Of a DNA stretch of 19,697 nt, positions 11,331 to 19,697 are shown one piece after another. Location of the stretch: contig JANKJI020000002.1 of NCBI GenBank assembly GCA_024626585.2, positions 37,554,173 to 37,573,869 of the forward strand. Direction: 5' to 3'. Every line of letters starts with the position of its first letter. Position 1 is the first letter of the stretch. The notes below the pieces were generated by a model, which was given only the letters and a program-made list of their open reading frames with translations, did not search any database and was not told the origin of the DNA. The stretch is from Ginkgo biloba (taxonomy: Eukaryota; Plantae; Ginkgophyta). The position numbers and the translations under genes were made by a program.

Positions 11331-11437
11331 TTTTTGCAAAAGAATTAGAACCAAATTCTCACATTCTCCCCAAGCTAGTTCTAAAGAAACTGCATCATGC
11401 TCAATAATGCGAGAGCATCTTGATGGCACCCCGACAA

Positions 11438-12998
11438 TGTGACCAATTTTGGCCTAAGAATTTTAAAGTATTATCTACTTAGAGGAGATATGCGTGTTTT
11501 GGCAGAAATATGTGTATTGGGCAAACCGACATCGTTTTGGGCAATCAACCGCATCAGTGAGAGATTTTGGAAACTGACATGCGTTGGTGGTCGACATCGA
11601 CATGGTAGAAGAAGCCTGACATCGTTGGTGAGATAGTAAACGCAGTTGGCCTGCATCGATAGAGGACCAACATGAGTTTGGCCGACATGCAGACAGACAT
11701 CGTCGGACGACAGGGAAAGCGTTGACCGATACCAACAAGCATAATAGAGGATCGACATGCGTCGGAGATGGCCGACAATGTCGGATGTTGGAAGATCGAC
11801 ACCGACATGCCTTAGCAAAAGGCCGACATCGTCAATAGAGCACGATAAAGAGAAGGATCGACCTTGGTCAATGAACTGCAAACCGACATGAGTTAGGCAA
11901 AACCGACAATGTTGGATGAGTAATGACAAATACCGACACAGGGGCCAGAAACCGACATGATTTGGAGTCACTAACATGATTATGAGGTGCAATGATGCCG
12001 ACATGGATTTAAAGGCACAAACATGGTGACAAGGANNNNNNNNNNTTTTTGGTGGCCGACATCAGAGCAGGAAGCCTTTGAACAAAAATAAATGATTAAA
12101 CTTAAAATACCTACACTCAGTAAAACCAAAGAGAAGGGGAACGAAGGAGAACGTTGCAAGCATGGAGGTGCATTTAAATCTGCAACTACCAAGCGACTGA
12201 GACAGAGACGTTGAAGGTGAAGATGGCGAAGCCCAAGGATGCCGATGCAGGGTTTTAATGATTCAAAACCGTTGCAAGAATTGATTAGATCACCTAATTT
12301 TGTCATTGGAGCAGAGGGGGCATTGGCGCCATAGCCGTTGCAGCCACCAAAGCTCAAGCTTAAAAGCGAGCCTGCAGATGAAGAACAAGTTATTTGATTG
12401 GACAGTGGGACAATTGCTAAGAGGCGAGTGAATTGTTGGAATGTGTTAGTGGGGCACACAGTTCATTAATTGGTTCATGGGTGTGTGACAACCAAATTTG
12501 AGTTTACATCTGCCTGGAGGAAAGAAAATGCTAAGTGTTTGATAGGGCAAGAGATTAGAACCCCTACGCTAAAGCGACAAAGTAAACCGCGTGTTCTCAA
12601 AAGTTGATGTGTGAGTATGCAAAGCGTGGACAGGCGCTAAGTGAAGAAAACACCCAGGAGCGATTGAATCGATACTAGCAGGGCTCGTGGAAGGAGTTGA
12701 AGGACAACCAACCACCCAGTCGTGGAGAAACACTGGGCAGATCATCGAATGTGAGGCAGCTAAGGTGGGCGAAGTTTAATCTCGTCCAAAAATCGAAGTA
12801 TTGAGGTCAAGGTGTTGAAGAAGGCCGCTACTGAGACCGAAGAAAGAGATTCCAAACAGATCCACCAAGCAAGGCAATTCGAGGGTGTGTGGGCAATGAC
12901 CCGTTCAGTGTTTTGCAGCAGAGACCGTGTGTACTTACCTCTAGTAGCAAGGGTTAGCCTTAAAGGCGTGAATTATTGATGTAATATTTGGATTATTA
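11438..12998 (+). mobile_element. Long, relatively CpG-rich LTR-like element with a CCGACA repeat array
   Basis: Starts TGTGACC at 11438 with an abrupt rise in GC and CpG. The ORFs here are repeat-derived and show no recognisable domain. The right end is lost in a gap. Confidence 0.55.
11525..12061 (+). repeat. Array of 11 (A/G)CCGACA motifs
   Basis: Copies at 11525, 11681, 11771, 11801, 11822, 11882, 11902, 11932, 11951, 11997 and 12055, plus decayed CTGACAT/TCGACAT variants and inverted GTCGG copies. Confidence 0.9.
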
Positions 12999-14181
12999 AN
13001 NNNNNNNNNNNNNNNNNNNNNNNNNNNNNNNNNNNNNNNNNNNNNNNNNNNNNNNNNNNNNNNNNNNNNNNNNNNNNNNNNNNNNNNNNNNNNNNNNNNA
13101 TTTTGCATCAAATCCGATTTTTTTGTCAATTTTCGAGTCAACAGATCTCCTTCCGCTTCCCACTTCGACTATGCTACCTCCCGTTTGATCTCAACAATCG
13201 ATTCCAAGCGTTCCTTCCACCTCACAGTCCCTTCTCAGCGTCTTTCAACTAACTTGCTACCTCCCAGCAGCGCCACAATCCATGTCCTACAAGCTGCAAC
13301 TTCGATTTCCATCCCTTGAAGACCCACGACTTCCAATTCTCCGAACACTGCGAGCTCAAGTCGGTTCTACAACGCCCTCTCGAGCAACAACTTCGCAGAT
13401 CTGCAACGTCTTCAAAGTAAGCAACAACATCACTCCTAGGAGGAACTTATAATCACATCTCTAATAACATGCATATCATGTAATCAAACTCGTCATGAAT
13501 CAAATTAAACCTTAATCATCACACACAAGAATAGCAAAAAGCAACCAAAATTAAGGAGTTTGGGAAATGGACCATGATAGAAAAAGAGAATATTTTCTTT
13601 GGACTCAAACCTTCAACTTTGGTGGAGTTGCATGTGCTTGACATTTTCCTTATTAAGCACTGCATACACAAGAATTAAAAATTCAAAGAGTTGTAAGAAC
13701 TCTTTGTGGGGTACAATCAATCTCAACAAATCACACGAGCTATAACATAACAATGCATGTATGTTGCCCAAGACAAGAGCTTAACAACCACTCATTAATC
13801 ATTAGCATTGAATCATGTAATAGTTAAGCCTGAGCTGTCCTAAACTTGGGCGTTAGTTCATTAGTAATAAGAGTGATGACAATATTGAATAGACAGATAC
13901 AATATAATTAACGTGAGCTTGTAAACACAGTTGCCAACCAAAACACTTGGTTGGACTTGGCCCTCCTTCATAAAAGTTTCCAACTGACGTTCAAGTCCAA
14001 GTACCCTAGATTCCACCACTTCCAACCATCCCTTGCCAATGCAAGGTAGCACCCAACAATGCCAATACATAAGAGTGCCTACAACGGTATGATGATTCCT
14101 TCGAGCCCAAAGTAAATTGACCATCATACCTTCAAATTACCACCCTTATCCACAACAAAATAACCATCCAACTGATAAATT

Positions 14182-14222
14182 TCAAGCTAGCTATTTAAAA
14201 AAAAAAAAAAAATCAAGCTAGC
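14182..14222 (+). mobile_element. TSD-flanked poly(A) micro-insertion
   Basis: TCAAGCTAGC (14182-14191), then TATTT(A)16, then TCAAGCTAGC (14213-14222). Confidence 0.65.
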
Positions 14223-15484
14223 CATCCATTACTATTCTCATGATTGGAACCTGTTATTGTTGTGTAAAGCTCTAGAGTCACATCTCATGAACAGAGTCAT
14301 AAACACNNNNNNNNNNNNNNNNNNNNNNNNNNNNNNNNNNNNNNNNNNNNNNNNNNNNNNNNNNNNNNNNNNNNNNNNNNNNNNNNNNNNNNNNNNNNNN
14401 NNNNNNNNNNNNNNNNNNNNNNNNNNNNNNNNNNNNNNNNNNNNNNNNNNNNNNNNNNNNNNNNNNNNNNNNNNNNNNNNNNNNNNNNNNNNNNNNNNNN
14501 NNNNNNNNNNNNNNNNNNNNNNNNNNNNNNNNNNNNNNNNNNNNNNNNNNNNNNNNNNNNNNNNNNNNNNNNNNNNNNNNNNNNNNNNNNNNNNNNNNNN
14601 NNNNNNNNNNNNNNNNNNNNNNNNNNNNNNNNNNNNNNNNNNNNNNNNNNNNNNNNNNNNNNNNNNNNNNNNNNNNNNNNNNNNNNNNNNNNNNNNNNNN
14701 NNNNNNNNNNNNNNNNNNNNNNNNNNNNNNNNNNNNNNNNNNNNNNNNNNNNNNNNNNNNNNNNNNNNNNNNNNNNNNNNNNNNNNNNNNNNNNNNNNNN
14801 NNNNNNNNNNNNNNNNNNNNNNNNNNNNNNGTTTAGTTATATTCCATTAGTCAAGTGTTCTTGGTGAAATTTAATTATAAGTCTACTATTGGACACTCTA
14901 GACTCATATGCTTTTTGGATTATACTAGGGTCAATGTTCTTTTAAGGACCCTCCATGATATCTATATAATTATCAAACCTTTTGGGTACTATAATTAGCC
15001 TTAATAAGGTGCTCTACAATGAGAATTATTTTAACACTATAACATCCATATCTTGTAACATCCTTTCCTTCGGTGGGACTCCAAAGATGTTCCACAATGG
15101 GACCCAAGTGCCAACAAACTTTGGAATATACTTTATTGCAATATACAACTTTAGGACCTACATTATAATAAATTTGTCTTAGAGCCCACTCGACTTGTTC
15201 CTCTTTCAATTTAAACTTTCCAACCATGGTAATGATCGAGATCTCCCCACTTTATCTTTTTGTATTGATGTTAACAAAGGAAGAAGTTCATGATTATACT
15301 ACATTTCTAATATCAAACTTAGGTAAAACTACAAAACTGAAGGAGGGGCATTAGACTCAAAAGCAAGTCCATCACGAGGTGGAATGTGAATATAACTAAT
15401 ATATCCCCCAATCTAGGGATATAAGTATAAGAACTCCGACTCAGGTCAAATGTTTCTCTAACAAGGTAGATTCCTAAACATTAG

Positions 15485-16344
15485 TGTTGTAAAATATATT
15501 ATAAAGGAACTCAATCTTGTGTTCACCCAACGCCATCCATCTACATGCATTTTATCTCTTCCCTATGTATCATCTTAAGAAATAGAGCTTTAATGCTTGA
15601 GGAAGGAAAGAAAATGGGATGATCATAATAGGGTTCAGATCACCATTGACATAAAAGACTAACCGACAACCGACAAAGCTAAGGATACACATACTACGAA
15701 AGGAACATAAGATGATTACATAATGAATGACATGTGGCAACATTAAAAGCAACCAAGCATAACTAAAAAGAGTATAAAAGCCATGATAGTGTCATTCAAA
15801 AATATCAAACACCAAAATAGAAGGAAAATGACTACAATAAATCCATCAACCATAATGAATGATAGGTGGGTAAGAGAAGAAGTTGGCTAGAGGATGACTA
15901 ATGACAGAACCCTATGACTATAGGGGAGAGAAAGTTCAAGGGAGGTATAATCAAGTCAATGACCTCTGCATAAATGACTAATATTCTTTGATGAATTGTA
16001 GAGAAGTAGAAGGGAAAATAAATATCCTATTAGAGAAGGAGTCACCAAAGATAGAACCAACCAACAAGGTGATATAATTTGACATTGATAATAAGTAAAT
16101 AAGAATGAAAGTCAATAAAATAAAGACCAATAAAAATAGGACTGACAAACATATAGCTGACAATAGAGATAAAAATATTATTGACAAGGAGCACATTGAC
16201 AACTACATGCAAAATTGATGGAGAAAAGATTCAGTCATGAAGGAATATAAAAAATGCAAGAGCAATAAGGAAGTGTAGGGAAAAATATGTCATTAATATT
16301 TAGGCATGCGACCCACCTAACTTGAGCCTCATAGATGATGGGAT
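15485..16344 (+). mobile_element. Old LTR-like relic with deaminated CCGACA-type repeats
   Basis: Possible TGTTGT start and A-rich non-coding sequence. ACCGACAACCGACAA lies at ~15662, and CTGACA/TTGACA/CCAACA cluster at 16060-16205. Confidence 0.35.
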
Positions 16345-16464
16345 CAACCTAGATATCATATATANNNNNNNNNNNNNNNNNNNNNNNNNNNNNNNNNNNN
16401 NNNNNNNNNNNNNNNNNNNNNNNNNNNNNNNNNNNNNNNNNNNNNNNNNNNNNNNNNNNNNNNN

Positions 16465-17700
16465 TAAAATCTCTGTGGTAGACCAATTCTACCAGAAAAT
16501 CTAATGTATTGTTCTTTTGTGTTTGATTTCTCGAAATCCTACCTGAGATCCTGTCCTCTCACTTCCTACTGTGTATTTAAAATGCTGAAAAGATATTGGG
16601 GCAAGTGGTCTAATTGCTCTTCTACAACCTTTCTCTCAAATTTGATGCTTCTGAATAACTACCTCAACATCATAATGGTTATTAGGGTCTTTAGTTGCTT
16701 TAGCTACATTTATATGTACTACCGAAGCCCAATAAACTCCAAGTTCGGAGTTATGATCTGTTAACATAAAATTCAATATAATGCAGACTCTCAACTGCAT
16801 TAAGCAACTTCAAATATCGATTTCAAATTATAAAGAGGTATTCGAAGTTGTCCTTAACAATTCCATTATGTGAATTCTTATCGAACAGAAAATCTTAAGA
16901 GTCTTTGGCTATCCCTCTGTAACCAAAAACACATTTTTTCTTGCCTTGTCCACCATCAAGATTTTGCAATTAGAGTCAGACTTGAAAAGATGGCTCTTAC
17001 TGATACCAAGTGTCCTTTTTGTATACAACCAAAAATCACCATGCATCTGACTCAGTGGTGCCCCTGGGCCAAGCCCATATGGACATGGATCCAAAAGCTC
17101 GCCCACCTCTCTCTGTCTACCCACTCAAATGGGCTTCAACCCTATCAAAGGCTCCATGGTCTACTATTTTTCATTTTGCACGTCACATTCGCAGAGTAGA
17201 TTTGTTTCAAATCTGAAAAAATGGAAATAATGTTACCTTTGGTGCACAAAATCCCCCATGCTCAATGTCTAATCAAGTTTGTGCAATGATTATTTCCAAT
17301 TGTCACATACAAATTAAGGTTCAAGCAAAGAGTTCAAATTCAATTGGCTTAATTGATGGGGCTTATTAAACAATGGGGTGCAGCACCTTGCACAAGCAGT
17401 AGGTAGTGTGAATAATGATGGTCAAAATGATAGGGGACCAAGTCACACCAGGTGCAAATGTTCTAGAAGTGGAGGTGCTACAGGAAGGAGCCCACCAAGA
17501 TACCCCCTCCAGCAAGGCAGTATAATGACAGTTGAGACTCCTTGAGCTTGGCAATCTCATTCAGCTCAATTGATACATGCAATTTGCCCAAATGGGGCAG
17601 TGATTGGAGGATCCAAATTCAGGCCAAGATGGATGTTGTCCCTTCTCTAACTTGAGATCCTAGTGCTCCCTGATATTGTTGTTTTAAATGCTCAAACTAA
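16465..17700 (+). mobile_element. Decayed L1 LINE ORF2 3' region (zf-RVT plus RNase H-like)
   Basis: LKSLW...RVRLEKMALTDTKCPFCIQPKITMHLTQWCPWAKPIW (16870-17199) is a zf-RVT CCHC motif. It is followed by FQI*KNGNNVTF (IWKxRN-like), LIDGAY, NVLEVEVLQEG and *DSLSL, which resemble plant L1 RNase H motifs. Confidence 0.85.
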
Positions 17701-18885
17701 AAAAACCTTAAGACACCTTGTTTTGAGTAATGATTCTAGTTCTCTAGTTTACCAAATAGTATTCANNNNNNNNNNNNNNNNNNNNNNNNNNNNNNNNNNN
17801 NNNNNNNNNNNNNNNNNNNNNNNNNNNNNNNNNNNNNNNNNNNNNNNNNNNNNNNNNNNNNNNNNNNNNNNNNNNNNNNNNNNNNNNNNNNNNNNNNNNN
17901 NNNNNNNNNNNNNNNNNNNNNNNNNNNNNNNNNNNNNNNNNNNNNNNNNNNNNNNNNNNNNNNNNNNNNNNNACAAAAAAAAAAAAAATGCAGTACCGAT
18001 TCTTCAAAATCCCAAAGAATTGAATTCATAGGTCGATCTTTTTGTAAGTTTGACAAAATCTTAATATAATCTCAGTATAATTTTACCTAGTTGATTAAGG
18101 ACAACCTTACACTGATTGTTATCTCGGATTAAATGGGATAAGTTGCAGTTTGCAATTTAATTTAGAGGAGGTCCATGTTCCATAAAGTACCTCATTGGGT
18201 AGTTTGTGTGCAACTGCATTATGGCACTAAGTTGATTTATAACAACTTTACACTGGCTAATATCTTGCAATAAATGAGGTAAATTATCTTTTTTGGCAAA
18301 TCAACATAGAGTAGGTCCTTGCATGTTCCTAAAAGTATCTTTCAAGTATAATGAGTACAAAAAAAGACCGAAGAATTTAATTTAGGCAAAGTTAGTCTTC
18401 ACAGAATCACTTGTGCAAAGTAAAACAATCATGTAAAACTCAAGCTTAGCTTAATTAACTATCAGTGGGATGTACCCCAACTAACTTGCACCCAAAGGAA
18501 GCTCGTGGCATTCGACACTTAGTAGATGAAGCAATGCATTCTCTTTTGTGCTTTCAGTCCAAAAATTTACCAGAATGCAGATACAAGCAAGAAGTTAAAC
18601 ATACTAGCACACAGTCATTGCCACAAGGGAAAGATCCCTTTGTTGATTTAACATCCCTTTGTCGATTTAACAAGATTTAATTACCATCTTCCATAAGAAA
18701 ATAAAGATCTATGCAGCCCTCAAATGGTTCAATTCCTAAATCAATAATTCCAAAATATAAAAAGAGAAGGTCGATTCATATAACTTTGTGTATTGTTCTC
18801 ATGTCAGTGATACTACTAATATATGCATTTGAAACACCAATTCTGAGATCCCTATTCATTCGGTAAATGTTGAATCAGTGACTAC

Positions 18886-18981
18886 CTGCCAAAGCACCAG
18901 AGAGGAGTTCTTGAAGGAGTTCTCGTTGGCCCATACATAGATTCCAACCACGTGCAACCCTCCTAGCAGCATTTTAGATAC
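18886..18981 (-). CDS. ODR4: Internal coding exon (96 nt, phase 0/0) of protein ODR-4 homolog
   Basis: Minus strand reads ttttatcatttcAG|GTATCTAAAATG...CTTTGGCAG|GTagtc. The 32 codons VSKMLLGGLHVVGIYVWANENSFKNSSLVLWQ match the recalled plant ODR4-like N-terminal motif (HARQ)VSRMLxGGxxVVGIYVWASxxxFKNSTxxLCQ. Confidence 0.88.
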
Positions 18982-19156
18982 CTGAAATGATAAAAGCATC
19001 TGAGACTTATTCCATTGATTAACACAAAATTGTTCTATATGAGACCAACAACTAAAAATTTTCACGTTGTAATATACTACAAAAGCAGAGAAAAGAAAGA
19101 ATCTGAATTTATTTGCATTAGGATATTTTGACTAACCCACTAAGATACAAATCATA

Positions 19157-19697
19157 ATGAAAGAAGATGAGGCATCGCATGTGGTTCTATTAACAAAGTA
19201 GTTCATGAAGAGTGTGCATGTCACAGGTGCATGTTTTTCCCTGATCACCAAAGAGGTGAATCGAGAGAAATTGATAAGGATGCCTGAAGAAATGAAGATA
19301 TTACTAAGGGAGTATAGGGATATTACTCCATAGAAGTTATCGATAAGGGGATTGCATATCAAATTTATTTAATCCCTGTATCCAATTTGCTAAATCAAGT
19401 GGCTTACAAACTGAGCCTGATAGAGAATGAAGAAATGAACTAATAAATTCAATAGTTTTTGAAGAGTTCATCTAAGAAAGCTTGAGTCCCTGTGTGACTC
19501 TAACATTGTTGGCCCTAAGAAAGATGGGACATCAAAGATGTGTATGGACTTCAGAGCGATGAATTAGATCACCCTTAAGTATAGGTTCTTGATGCTGACG
19601 ATGGATGACATTATGGATTATCTGACCGGAGTGACATATTTTTCTAAGATTGACTTGAGGAGTGATTATTATCAAATTAGAATTTAATATGGGTATG
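19157..19697 (+). mobile_element. Decayed Gypsy (CRM-like) reverse transcriptase N-terminal fragment, in the upstream ODR4 intron
   Basis: ILLREYRDI...GIAYQIYLIPVSNLLNQVAYKL...ESLSPC...PKKDGTSKMCMDFRAMN*ITLKYRF...MDDIMDYLTGVTYFSKIDLRSDYYQIRI, with stops and frameshifts. Runs off the window. Confidence 0.92.

Larger units (their letters stand above)
3489..18885 (-). other. Giant GT-AG intron of ODR4 (15,397 nt as assembled, including 8 N-gaps), filled with TE relics
   Basis: Donor GT at 18885-18884 and acceptor AG at 3490-3489 join two exons whose peptides are contiguous in ODR4 homologs. True length is uncertain because several gaps are nominal 100-N spacers. Confidence 0.8.

Noticed and set aside
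11525-12061. CRISPR-like array
   Set aside because: The repeat is only 7-9 bp with irregular spacing, in a eukaryotic context without cas genes.
11471-12459. 177-aa and 159-aa minus-strand ORFs
   Set aside because: Open frames produced by the GC-rich CCGACAT repeat (recurrent HVG/DVG). No domain, and one spans a gap.
13861-14127. Minus-strand ORF with NLLW...WHCWVLPCIGKG, resembling the LINE ORF2 NFLW...WxxVCLPKxxGGLG segment
   Set aside because: Too few matching residues to call without a profile search.
14257-14850. Long ORFs consisting mostly of X, here and at other gaps
   Set aside because: Artefacts of translating N-runs.
14831-15480. Possible SIRE/Maximus Copia 3' region (PPT-like AAAGTGGGGAGA on the minus strand at ~15255-15242) and 84-aa ORF
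   Set aside because: A single degenerate motif with no supporting domain or LTR boundary.
8346-19697. Gag-protease (8346-9063) and RT (19157-19697) as halves of a single CRM element
   Set aside because: Same strand and order, but a host exon with its native intron flanks lies between them. Independent insertions are more parsimonious.

Overview
Eukaryotic, AT-rich, gapped draft sequence from a repeat-rich land-plant genome (giant introns and TE types suggest a gymnosperm- or fern-like large genome; inference only). The only host coding sequence I can support is two consecutive minus-strand exons of an ODR-4 homolog: 18981-18886 (VSKMLLGGLHVVGIYVWANENSFKNSSLVLWQ) and 3488-3397 (TLKAIATGAPVYENGESDERLLIHISYSPR). 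They are joined in phase 0 across a GT-AG intron of at least nominally 15.4 kb. The rest is intronic and filled with decayed, partly nested transposons: Gypsy gag/protease and RT fragments, several LTR-like segments, an L1 LINE 3' end and a hAT-like terminus. I find no intact novel gene system. The most notable structures are a ~91-bp, ~92% identical inverted repeat bracketing the downstream exon, an LTR-like segment with 11 (A/G)CCGACA motifs (DRE/CRT core; TGTCGG auxin element on the other strand), a 21-bp TSD-flanked poly(A) insertion, and an unassigned decayed reading frame at 4137-5078. Family assignments come from recalled motifs, not database searches.
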